Virus record (IMG/VR): IMGVR_UViG_3300032334_001488
Span: 2,502 to 66,501 of that record
Reading direction: 5' to 3' (one strand)
Source of the DNA: a virus
Length of the DNA stretch: 64,000 bases
The position numbers were made by a program, and so were the translations under genes. This document shows, piece by piece, positions 43,016 through 51,426 of the stretch. The notes below the pieces were generated by a model. That model was not told the DNA's origin, made no database searches, and worked only from the letters and a program-made list of their open reading frames with translations. Numbering within the stretch: the first letter of the stretch is position 1; the number at the start of each line of letters is the position of its first letter.

Positions 43016-43852
43016 ATGACCTACTTGTCCGCTAAAAAGATCTATCCAGGTAACTGGAACAATGCTCTCAATGGTTGGTACAAAAACATTGACGCTAACC
43101 CCGTCGATGGTACCAACGATGCCTCCAAAGGTGGCCCCACTTCAGTGTTGGCTACCCCTGGTTATCGTTACTTCCAGCAGCGCGGTTACATTCCCGTGAC
43201 CTGGGCCTCTGGTAACGCTACCGCCAGCGGTGCCTACATGAGCGTGATCGTTCCTTCGCCTTACCGCCAGGACGACACCCGTACTGACATCACTGGCATG
43301 GTGATCTCTGGTAGCTCTACCCAGCCTATTTACGTGTATCGCACTGCGATCTCCGTGGCTTCCGGCTGGGGCGATGGTCGCGTTGCATCTGGTGTGTATG
43401 CTGCTACTGGCAACATCATCTCCTTCGGTCGTAACGTTGGCACTGCAGCTGCTGCTACTGGCGTTGCCTTCTCTGGTGTTGCTGAAGGCGCCATCCAAGC
43501 CAACATGACCTCCACGGTCTCTGGTGATGCTTCCACCAAGATTTACTTTGCTGGCGGTACGCAAGGCTTTGGTACCAACCCTTTCATCACTAGCACGGGC
43601 ACTCCTGCTATCTCTGGTGTTGGCTCAGGTACTGTTTGCTACTACTCTGCTACTGCTGCTACCACTCTTGGTGTGTTTGCAAAGGGCGCCGCAAATGATA
43701 CTTCCACTTCTGGTGGTGTGTACATTTCTGATGCTGACGTTGCTGCAGGCCGTACTGGCTACCTGGTTGTCGAAGTGTGCTACATCCGTCCGGATGATGC
43801 TCCTGGCTACGAAGACATCGACGGCTACCTGACCGGTCGCACCGTTAGCTGA
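43016..43852 (+). CDS. Highly expressed virion protein (minor capsid/decoration candidate)
   Basis: AGGAG RBS; same codon bias as MCP; directly downstream of it. Confidence 0.6.
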   Translation: MTYLSAKKIYPGNWNNALNGWYKNIDANPVDGTNDASKGGPTSVLATPGYRYFQQRGYIPVTWASGNATASGAYMSVIVPSPYRQDDTRTDITGMVISGSSTQPIYVYRTAISVASGWGDGRVASGVYAATGNIISFGRNVGTAAAATGVAFSGVAEGAIQANMTSTVSGDASTKIYFAGGTQGFGTNPFITSTGTPAISGVGSGTVCYYSATAATTLGVFAKGAANDTSTSGGVYISDADVAAGRTGYLVVEVCYIRPDDAPGYEDIDGYLTGRTVS

Positions 43853-43862
43853 TTAGGTTAAA

Positions 43863-44300
43863 GTGGATACCAGACACCCTCTGGTATCCATGCTTTACCA
43901 ACACAAGAAGAATGGCGCTCGCGTCAAGATTGTAAGTGAGTTTGATAATGGCGACTGGTATATGGTTGAAGACCAAGACGGTCGCCTTTTTACCGCTTAC
44001 AAATCAGAACTCTTGCCAGATGAAGAGGCAACTAAAAAAGTTAAAACTCTTCAGGTAAAAGATAAGGCTGCGGCTGAAGAACCACGCAAGTTCCCTCCTG
44101 ATACCCGCCTTAATATTAATAGTGCTACGGCACAAATGATTGCGGATCACATTAAGGGGATTGGCCTTAAGACTGCTCGGGAAATTAAGGACTTGCAAAT
44201 GAGCCTGTCAGGTGAAAGGTTTAATAGCTTGGAGCAGTTGAAGCAAGTGAAACGTGTTGATTGGGATTCAGTCTTTGCCGCAAATCTGGTAAGAGTGTGA
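43863..44300 (+). CDS. Helix-hairpin-helix (ComEA/PsbU-like) DNA-binding protein
   Basis: RLNINSATA.....IKGIG.KTA.EI......G.RF.SLEQL..V. Confidence 0.8.
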   Translation: MDTRHPLVSMLYQHKKNGARVKIVSEFDNGDWYMVEDQDGRLFTAYKSELLPDEEATKKVKTLQVKDKAAAEEPRKFPPDTRLNINSATAQMIADHIKGIGLKTAREIKDLQMSLSGERFNSLEQLKQVKRVDWDSVFAANLVRV

Positions 44301-44309
44301 TTCACATTT

Positions 44310-44338
44310 AATCCCGTCGATTGTGACGGGATTTTTTT
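44310..44338 (+). terminator. Intrinsic terminator ending the capsid operon
   Basis: AATCCCGTC-GATTGT-GACGGGATT-TTTTT. Confidence 0.8.
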
Positions 44339-44367
44339 GTCTTAAAATAACAAAAAGAACAACGATA

Positions 44368-45081
44368 ATGGCACTTGATGCTGCTACTTACATTCCACTA
44401 GGTAAGATCGGAGCTACTGGTCGCACCACTGGACCTCATGGTCATTTTGAAATTACAAAAGACGGTAAGAAATACGGATTATCACAGACTCGCGGGGACA
44501 TTGGCCAGAATATTCAGTTTCGACTCCCAGGTAGCCAAGACTGGCGGCCAATGTATTCTCCCTTACCTGGGGGACAGTATCAATTAAATCCTATTGTACC
44601 TATGACAGAAGGCATGGGTACAAGATCAGTACATCCTGTGACAGGTGCCCGTAACGTGCCACATGGTGGAGAAGATTACGCTTTTCCTCTTGGTACTGAT
44701 TTACGTTTTGCAGGGGTAGGAAGCGTTCAAGGTACAGCTAATGCAGGTGCTGCAGGTAACATTTCAACTTTACAAACAGGCCCATACAAGTTAGATGTAT
44801 TTCACATGAGCCAACTTCCAGCTGCTGCTACCGTTGGGGCAGCGCCACAGGCTGGTACATCGCCTACATACGAACAATCGCAACAGCGCACTAATGATTT
44901 ATTGACTGCTTTTCTTTATGGTAAAAAGAATGCAGAGCAGCAAACAAATCCAATTAATATGATCAAACAACAACTTCTTGCCTCGGCTATTAATAGGGCC
45001 AATGAAGATGATTCTATTTTCCAACCTTCGGCAACAGCTCTTCCTTCTGAGTATTTGAATGCAATTTATGGCCAGGCTTAA
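44368..45081 (+). CDS. M23/LytM-like peptidase, circularly permuted
   Basis: G.IG.TGR.TGPH.HFEI at the N-terminus precedes HPVTG...HGGED.A.P.GT...G.GN......FHM. Confidence 0.75.
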   Translation: MALDAATYIPLGKIGATGRTTGPHGHFEITKDGKKYGLSQTRGDIGQNIQFRLPGSQDWRPMYSPLPGGQYQLNPIVPMTEGMGTRSVHPVTGARNVPHGGEDYAFPLGTDLRFAGVGSVQGTANAGAAGNISTLQTGPYKLDVFHMSQLPAAATVGAAPQAGTSPTYEQSQQRTNDLLTAFLYGKKNAEQQTNPINMIKQQLLASAINRANEDDSIFQPSATALPSEYLNAIYGQA

Positions 45082-45115
45082 AGCTCTTATAATTGACAAA
45101 TAACGTATTAAATTA

Positions 45116-45577
45116 GTGCAACTAGCTGAGTACGACAAAAGCAGGGTCCGATACCATCTCGGATACTTCACGGTTTCAGTGCCGGCAGGCGACTACGCAC
45201 GCCTGGAAGAATCCCTTAACACAATCCCGGACTCATACTTTTACGACAAGTTGATTATTCAACTAGGTCGTTGCGATACCGCTGAAAAGAAAACTGAGGT
45301 TGCCTCCAATCCCAGCACTCGCCTGGAAAGCATCCTTGGTGACGTGGATCGTACGATTCGCTCAAGCAATGCTGCAGAAGCACTTAAGGTCTGGAATCAG
45401 ATTTATCTCTATGAGACAAATCGCCTAGCCGGTATTCTTTTTGTGCCGAACTATAAGGATGAATTCCAAGCTCGGTATCGCTACGAACGCTCAGGTGCTG
45501 AGTTTATTCAAGCGTTGCCAGGACCTGCTGACACCGCTGTTGGTTCACGTATCTATCTTCATGAGGTTTATCGGTAA
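45116..45577 (+). CDS. Putative head-tail adaptor/neck protein
   Basis: L..YDK.RVRYHLGY start; position; GTG start. Confidence 0.45.
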   Translation: MQLAEYDKSRVRYHLGYFTVSVPAGDYARLEESLNTIPDSYFYDKLIIQLGRCDTAEKKTEVASNPSTRLESILGDVDRTIRSSNAAEALKVWNQIYLYETNRLAGILFVPNYKDEFQARYRYERSGAEFIQALPGPADTAVGSRIYLHEVYR

Positions 45578-46563
45578 TGGCCGACTTACTATCCAACATT
45601 AAAAATGCAGCCTGGCTGGCAAGTAGGCAAGCTTCGGCAGCTAACATCAAAAACATTGGTGGAATTGGAAGTTTAACAGGAAAAATAAACTTTTTAACGG
45701 AAGCGGCAGCATTGCCCAGTGCAGCGGCAAAAGCCTGGAATGGGGTACAGGGATTGTATGAGACTGGTGAAGGCCTTTTAAAAGGACGCCCTCTAATTGA
45801 AACAGCACGTCGTTCAAATACTCCTGGCTACCAACCAACAGGGCCAATTGGAATTGGAAGCATTCCTCCCAAAAATAAAACCGGTGAATGGTACCGAGAC
45901 CAAGAACTTCAATTTTCTGCAGCAGCCCGTGCAGCAGGCGGTCCTAGTGCCGGTGGCGGCATTGGTGGTGGAAATATGGCAAGCTTTGTTCCCAATCCCC
46001 AGTCTTCTCCTGCTGCAGAACGTGCTTATCGACAACAGCTTTCCAGCACTGCGCAACAAGTTGCGCAAGACCCGCAGCTAGATGACTGGTCTAAACAACG
46101 CGCACTTGATGTTGCGTCTAAAGATTATTCAAAATCTGAAGACATGGGTATGAAGATTTGGGCAGAACGCCATAAGGATCTAGCAGGCAAAGTCAAGCCT
46201 GGTCAAGCTGGATACGACGTTATTCAAAGTGTTCTCAATAAACAAACTACGCCAACTCCTACGTTTAATCCTTATGCAGCTTCGGTTAAGCTTCCGGGCC
46301 TAGAAGAGTATGCAAACTCAATGCAAGGAGCAATCATTCATCCGCTAGAAGGCACTCCTATGAACGCAATGAATGATCCACGCTTTGGGGAATACAACAG
46401 CACCTGGAAAGAAGCATACAATCTTACCAATGTATTTCCTTCTGTAACCACACAACAAACATTGTCCCTCCCTGTTGGGACATATCCTATTCCCAACATG
46501 TCAGCTTATGGAGGTGGCATTTACCCAGGGGAGCCCCTCAAGATTCCTTTCCAGGCTCGGTAA
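45577..46563 (+). CDS. Hypothetical virion protein
   Basis: A/G/P-rich; coupled to the previous gene. Confidence 0.6.
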   Translation: MADLLSNIKNAAWLASRQASAANIKNIGGIGSLTGKINFLTEAAALPSAAAKAWNGVQGLYETGEGLLKGRPLIETARRSNTPGYQPTGPIGIGSIPPKNKTGEWYRDQELQFSAAARAAGGPSAGGGIGGGNMASFVPNPQSSPAAERAYRQQLSSTAQQVAQDPQLDDWSKQRALDVASKDYSKSEDMGMKIWAERHKDLAGKVKPGQAGYDVIQSVLNKQTTPTPTFNPYAASVKLPGLEEYANSMQGAIIHPLEGTPMNAMNDPRFGEYNSTWKEAYNLTNVFPSVTTQQTLSLPVGTYPIPNMSAYGGGIYPGEPLKIPFQAR

Positions 46564-46586
46564 AATTACTGTTTGGTAGACTAAAG

Positions 46587-46644
46587 GGAGCTTGTATTTA
46601 TACAGGCTCCTACTGGCATGAACTTTGAGTTTGCGGAGGCCAGT
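46587..46644 (+). promoter_or_regulatory. Two-hairpin structured leader
   Basis: GGAGCTTGTA/TACAGGCTCC and ACTGGC/GCCAGT stems, downstream of TAGACT at 46577. Confidence 0.5.
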
Positions 46645-46661
46645 GTTGTTGCATCAAACCG

Positions 46662-46778
46662 ATGATTCTTTGCCCTAACTTTGTCAAGCGTTTGACGGCC
46701 CAGTTAAGTTTGGTAGTAGGACTACAAACTGTATTTGTACCTGGACTCAAAGCTGACTCAAATTGGGTAGGAAAATAA
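46662..46778 (+). CDS. 38-aa signal-peptide-like small protein
   Basis: MILCPNFVKRLTAQLSLVVGLQTVFVPGLKADSNWVGK fills the gap; n/h/c-region layout. Confidence 0.5.
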   Translation: MILCPNFVKRLTAQLSLVVGLQTVFVPGLKADSNWVGK

Positions 46779-46797
46779 GCCAAAATTAACATTTAAC

Positions 46798-47526
46798 ATG
46801 CCACGTACTACCCAGCAGTTGTTAAACCTTACCCCAGGGCAAATGACCGCCCTGGTAGGGACCAACCTGGGAGAAGCTGGGCATACCGCTAAAGATCAAG
46901 CGTTAGTAGCTGCGACTGTACTAGGACGTACGCTTGTCCCTGGATATGGAAAGACACCTACTGACGTTGGTTGGGCTCCAAATCAATTTGTTGCTAACGC
47001 AGGCATTAGCCGTGCCCAGGCAGAAGATCCAAACTTTTGGATGAAGCGATATGGCGCAAAACAATACCAGGAAAGACTAGCTCTTCTTAATGATCCCAAC
47101 ACACTTTTAAATACTGTAAATTCTTACGGTGTTCCTCTTTCATTTAGAAGTGGTTCATCTATTCCGCCAAACAAAAGACTTAAAACTGATATTTACGGCG
47201 GCATTGATGAAAGAGGCAATCAAATTGCTGGCAATGTATTTTTTGATACAAGCAAAAGTGCTGCAAATCTTTTGAGGCAAAGATTGAGTGCAGGAATTAC
47301 AGATCAGGTTTCTACTGTTAACCAGGGTGTTCCTGGTCAATCTTTTCCTAGCGTAAGAGATTCTCTTTCCGCGGCATTAGGTTATCAACTAGATCCCACT
47401 GGGCAAACTATTGAGAGTCAAACACTTGCGCAAAAGCTTTTAGCCGATGCAAAAAATAATTTGCTGTGGCAAGCAATTACACAACAGCAACAGCCCGATT
47501 TGTTGACGGCTTACGTTCCCCAGTGA
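46798..47526 (+). CDS. Cell wall hydrolase (SleB/Hydrolase_2-like)
   Basis: GEAG....Q.LVA..VL.R....GY......V..APNQF. Confidence 0.65.
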   Translation: MPRTTQQLLNLTPGQMTALVGTNLGEAGHTAKDQALVAATVLGRTLVPGYGKTPTDVGWAPNQFVANAGISRAQAEDPNFWMKRYGAKQYQERLALLNDPNTLLNTVNSYGVPLSFRSGSSIPPNKRLKTDIYGGIDERGNQIAGNVFFDTSKSAANLLRQRLSAGITDQVSTVNQGVPGQSFPSVRDSLSAALGYQLDPTGQTIESQTLAQKLLADAKNNLLWQAITQQQQPDLLTAYVPQ

Positions 47527-47543
47527 AATCTTAAATACTACTT

Positions 47544-48092
47544 TTATCGTTTAAACGCTCTTTCCAGGTCCCAACCTTTATTTAATCTTTTTTGCATGGA
47601 TTGAGGAGCTATTCCAACTTCTTTGGCCCAGTCTGCAATACACATTGTTTTCCCTTCAAAAGTGTATAGCCTTGTTGCGCGTTTTCCTCCACGGTTTCGC
47701 GTTTGTTCTTTGTGTGTTGCCCAACAACAATTTTCTTTGCAATAATTTTTATCATTATCTTTTCGTTCTAATTCCATTTTAGGATTAGGCTTTTCTCCCA
47801 TATCTTTAAGAAAATTTTTAAAATCACTCCAGCTAGGGTCGTAAGAAATGCCACGTCCCCCATACCTCACATATGATTCGTGTTTGGGATTGTTGCAACG
47901 ATTTTTCATTGCAAGCCAAGAACTATATTCCGGCATTTTATTTTTAAATCCTCCATGTTTAAAATTTCCACAAGAATTAGAACAAAACACATGGCCTCGA
48001 ATTTTTAGGCGACTTCTGCATGTTGCCCCTGCGGCACCAAAGCGTTCAAAATGCTTTCCGCAAGTCTTACAAACAAATTCAGTTTGTGCCAT
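47544..48092 (-). CDS. HNH-like homing endonuclease
   Basis: EY.SW.AMK.RC.NP....Y..YGGRGI.....W.DF.NF..DMGE.P.....LER.DN...Y...NC.WAT..EQ..N. Confidence 0.85.
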   Translation of the reverse strand: MAQTEFVCKTCGKHFERFGAAGATCRSRLKIRGHVFCSNSCGNFKHGGFKNKMPEYSSWLAMKNRCNNPKHESYVRYGGRGISYDPSWSDFKNFLKDMGEKPNPKMELERKDNDKNYCKENCCWATHKEQTRNRGGKRATRLYTFEGKTMCIADWAKEVGIAPQSMQKRLNKGWDLERAFKR

Positions 48093-48155
48093 TAGAATGA
48101 AAGAAGTTTTTCAGGACCCCTATCAATTTACCAGAGATAGGGTGTTTAGTCTACC

Positions 48156-48935
48156 TTGAGCTCGACTAACACGAACAAGCAACCCTTGCTTATAGATCGC
48201 CCTCTGTTTGATCGAGTGCGAGTCACTACTCAAATTGTAGGCAGCTCTACTGCAAACACTTTGTTTGTGCAGGGTGGCCAAGCTCCTTCCATCCTGGTGG
48301 ATATGGACGCTGCCTTGAGTGATGACAACAATAGTGGTGGCGTTGTTGATTCCATCACAATTGTGCGCAATGATGCTTATCGTTCTGCAGACTATACCTT
48401 GGATACCACTACATCAGGAACTGCTGTTTCCCTGGTAAGCGGTCAAATTGTTTCAATTACCACTACAGGCGCAATGAATACCGGTACCGCAAGCGGTATC
48501 GGTTATTACACTTACACTGGCGCCACCACAATCACTGGTAAGCTGGGCGCAATTAATTATTCCGGTGGACTTGCATCCGGCTTTCTATACCAAGGTATTT
48601 CATACGGCTATCAGCCAGCAGCTACGTTTGCTTTTTACCAGACTCGTAACACCACTACGCCAATTCCTGCAAGCGGCGACTACAATCTTTTGTTCTCCAA
48701 GACTGTACCCGCCAATACGGCGGAAGTTGACTGCTCTGACGTAATGCCCGCCTTAGGCGCTCCTATGCCCGCTGCAGGCAATACAAACGGCCTTGGGCAG
48801 ACTTCCCCCCTACGCAACAAAGGCATCTACCTGGAGCGCGGAGACCGCCTCTACGTGGGTGTCTTTGCTGATGGTCCCAACATCTCTGGCTACACCCCTG
48901 GCGCCCATGTGTATGCTCAGGGTGGATTCTTCTAA
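48156..48935 (+). CDS. Virion structural protein (tail-associated)
   Basis: T/G/S-rich beta protein; TTG start. Confidence 0.6.
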   Translation: MSSTNTNKQPLLIDRPLFDRVRVTTQIVGSSTANTLFVQGGQAPSILVDMDAALSDDNNSGGVVDSITIVRNDAYRSADYTLDTTTSGTAVSLVSGQIVSITTTGAMNTGTASGIGYYTYTGATTITGKLGAINYSGGLASGFLYQGISYGYQPAATFAFYQTRNTTTPIPASGDYNLLFSKTVPANTAEVDCSDVMPALGAPMPAAGNTNGLGQTSPLRNKGIYLERGDRLYVGVFADGPNISGYTPGAHVYAQGGFF

Positions 48936-48945
48936 CTAAACGTGT

Positions 48946-50457
48946 ATGGCCAAAAAAGATATCTTTGGTACTTTTGGTCAGTCAGAAGATTTTGCTCCGG
49001 TAAAGTTTAAACCACTTAGAGCAGAGTTTGCAAAAGGCAGCCTGCCCAACTCAATTGCGCGAGTGAATAGAGACTCTACCTGGGCGCGTTGGCGGCGAGG
49101 CTATGAGCTTGGCGTATCAACAAGCTATACAAATGCTTTTGTCTATCCATTTACTTATAGGATTCCATTACCTGAAGGCGTAGAGGCTCCACCAGAAACA
49201 AATCCTGCTGTTCCAGGAGTTTTTGTAGGGTTTCCAACAAACAATAGAGAAGCGGGAATGCACTGGGCTGGAGCACGCGTTGCTGGCAGTGTGCGTTTTG
49301 ATAATATAAAAGACTCTACAGGCGCTCCTGCTTCGATTAGTTATGTGGCGCAAGATGACGATTATGTATATGTAACTTTAAGCGGTACGTGGAGCACCAG
49401 TAACCCGTTGCCGCCTCCCTTGTACATACCAATTCCAGGTTCTGATTCAGGTGTTAAACCGCTTAATGGTGAAGTACTAGAAGACAGGATCATTACTGTA
49501 GGAGGTGTTCCTGTTACAAGATTAACAGTTGATCCAAACACACAAAAAAAATATGGTTACACGCAATATCTTCTTGTTGATCTTGATCCATTTAATGGGA
49601 TCCTTACTTTAAAAAAAGCTGGTTCTGTAGAAGCCACATTTGATTATGCAGTCATAACACCAGCAATTAGCATGCCTTCTATCGGAAGGTTTTTTATGAC
49701 TGGATCAAAATATTGTTGCACTTGCCAAGATTTTACACAGCGCGATTATGCGTTTATGACCAACCTTGGCAATAGAAAAAAAGTTTATTTTCCACTGACA
49801 AAAGCAGCATCCATTAAGCCTGGGCGTTATGAGACAGTTACAACTGATGGATTGTTAGACAACAGAGCAATGACTGCCGCCGATGTCAATCGTGATTTGA
49901 CTGTAATTTCTCCAGCAACGGAATACAATTTACCGCAAAGCTCAACCCCTACAGCAAATACTGTGCCGACTGCAACCAGGGATAATCCTGGTGTGTTTAG
50001 AGATTTTGGTTATATCAGCGCACAGAAAAATAGTTTTCCTGATTATCAAGATTACACTGCAGTAAACAATAAACTTCAAACCCTTCACGACTACTGGACT
50101 CCGTTGCTTGATGAGCAACGCTATTGCAAGCACATCTACGCCATGAAGTTTTTGGAAGGTGTGCATCCACCCGAACCATCGGATATTCCAGTGGAACCAG
50201 AAAGCATTGCAGAATGGGAGCAAAATTTAGTCATTAACATGCAAAAAGAAGATCGCGGAAAAATGTACAATGACATGAAAGAAAGCCTTGCGTACATGGA
50301 TACACCTCCATATAACTGTCAAGCTCCTTACATGCTTCCTATGATGCAAAAACTTTTTAATATTCCCGCAAGTTTTGTAAGGATTGAAGGTTTTACTATG
50401 CTTGATAAAAACGGTCAGGCTTATGATCCTATTAAAGGACAAAAAGCAGGACTATGA
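48946..50457 (+). CDS. Structural-region protein with a split SWIM zinc finger
   Basis: CCTCQDF ... RYCKHIYA. Confidence 0.6.
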   Translation: MAKKDIFGTFGQSEDFAPVKFKPLRAEFAKGSLPNSIARVNRDSTWARWRRGYELGVSTSYTNAFVYPFTYRIPLPEGVEAPPETNPAVPGVFVGFPTNNREAGMHWAGARVAGSVRFDNIKDSTGAPASISYVAQDDDYVYVTLSGTWSTSNPLPPPLYIPIPGSDSGVKPLNGEVLEDRIITVGGVPVTRLTVDPNTQKKYGYTQYLLVDLDPFNGILTLKKAGSVEATFDYAVITPAISMPSIGRFFMTGSKYCCTCQDFTQRDYAFMTNLGNRKKVYFPLTKAASIKPGRYETVTTDGLLDNRAMTAADVNRDLTVISPATEYNLPQSSTPTANTVPTATRDNPGVFRDFGYISAQKNSFPDYQDYTAVNNKLQTLHDYWTPLLDEQRYCKHIYAMKFLEGVHPPEPSDIPVEPESIAEWEQNLVINMQKEDRGKMYNDMKESLAYMDTPPYNCQAPYMLPMMQKLFNIPASFVRIEGFTMLDKNGQAYDPIKGQKAGL

Positions 50458-50684
50458 CCGAACCCAATTTTGGAGACATTGTACAAACTCAATATGTACA
50501 ATCACCTGACCAAATTGATACTCGTGCTTTTGGCTTCAGTGAAATTCGTGCCAGCGGTAACATCCCATCTGTTTACCATGCTGGAGATATTGTCCATCTT
50601 CCGTACGCTTCGGGGGAAGTATCTACAATTGAAGCAATGGGCCTAGCGTGGGCAGCTTACATCAGTGGCGTACCGCCCGCATAA
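50454..50684 (+). CDS. Hypothetical protein
   Basis: Coupled ORF. Confidence 0.6.
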   Translation: MTEPNFGDIVQTQYVQSPDQIDTRAFGFSEIRASGNIPSVYHAGDIVHLPYASGEVSTIEAMGLAWAAYISGVPPA

Positions 50685-50710
50685 AAAACAGCCCCCTTGC
50701 GGAGGCTGTT
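50683..50710 (-). terminator. Intrinsic terminator
   Basis: Minus strand AACAGCCUCC-GCAA-GGGGGCUGUU-UUUU. Confidence 0.75.
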
Positions 50711-50731
50711 GGATCCCATATCCTCAGTAGT

Positions 50732-50953
50732 CTACACTGCAGCCAGCTCTAGCTTCTCAAGCTTGCTCATGGTCTTGCGAATAGCATTGACGTTCCAGCG
50801 GAAGCTATCCCGTGAACGCGTTTCAGGAAATGCTGCATAGTGTGGACCAAGGCGAAGGGTCCCGTTGTCACGCATCTTAAAAAGCGTTTTGCGATCAAGG
50901 CCCAACATCTCGCCGGCCCTGGTAGCAGAGACCCATCCTTGGTGCGTTGTCAT
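50732..50953 (-). CDS. MerR/Xis-like winged HTH DNA-binding protein
   Basis: WVS..RA.E.LG..R.TL...R..G.L..G.HY......RWN. Confidence 0.75.
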   Translation of the reverse strand: MTTHQGWVSATRAGEMLGLDRKTLFKMRDNGTLRLGPHYAAFPETRSRDSFRWNVNAIRKTMSKLEKLELAAV

Positions 50954-51087
50954 GACCGAAAAGTCTTGTACAGCCTTAACCTAGGACATGACCGGCTTGT
51001 GTCAACAGATTTTATTAAAACTTCACAATTGCTTTTTGCTTAGCCTTGGGAAGCCCAACTTAAAATAAGTTAACGACATAGGAACTT

Positions 51088-51420
51088 ATGTTCAGCAGCG
51101 CACAGGAACCGCTCGCACTGCTCATTGAACTAACTCCTAAATTGGCCAAGAAACGTTTTAGACAATGTATATATGATGAATGGAATCACCTTTGTGGTTA
51201 CTGTGAAGAGCCCGCCACAAGCCTAGATCACATTGTTCCACGCCATCGGTCTGGTTCTAGTAACAGGCATAATCTTCTTCCATGTTGCCGACGTTGCAAT
51301 CAATCAAAGTCTAGTACTCGAATGGAAGATTGGTATTTACAGCAAGAATTTTTTACTCAGGCTAGGATAGATAAAATCACCTCCTGGACCAAACAAGGAA
51401 TTGTTGACTTGTTTGCTTAA
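51088..51420 (+). CDS. HNH endonuclease
   Basis: CGYC...SLDHIVP...G....NL.PCC..CN..K. Confidence 0.9.
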   Translation: MFSSAQEPLALLIELTPKLAKKRFRQCIYDEWNHLCGYCEEPATSLDHIVPRHRSGSSNRHNLLPCCRRCNQSKSSTRMEDWYLQQEFFTQARIDKITSWTKQGIVDLFA

Positions 51421-51426
51421 ACATCA

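Noticed and set aside
46610-46792. 60-aa minus-strand ORF opposite the small peptide
   Set aside because: No RBS or protein-like features; all neighbours and the -10 box favour the plus-strand 38-aa ORF
50732-50953. Excisionase implying a temperate lifestyle
   Set aside because: Generic MerR/Xis-like HTH; no integrase or repressor seen, and the polymerase is the Tyr762 type
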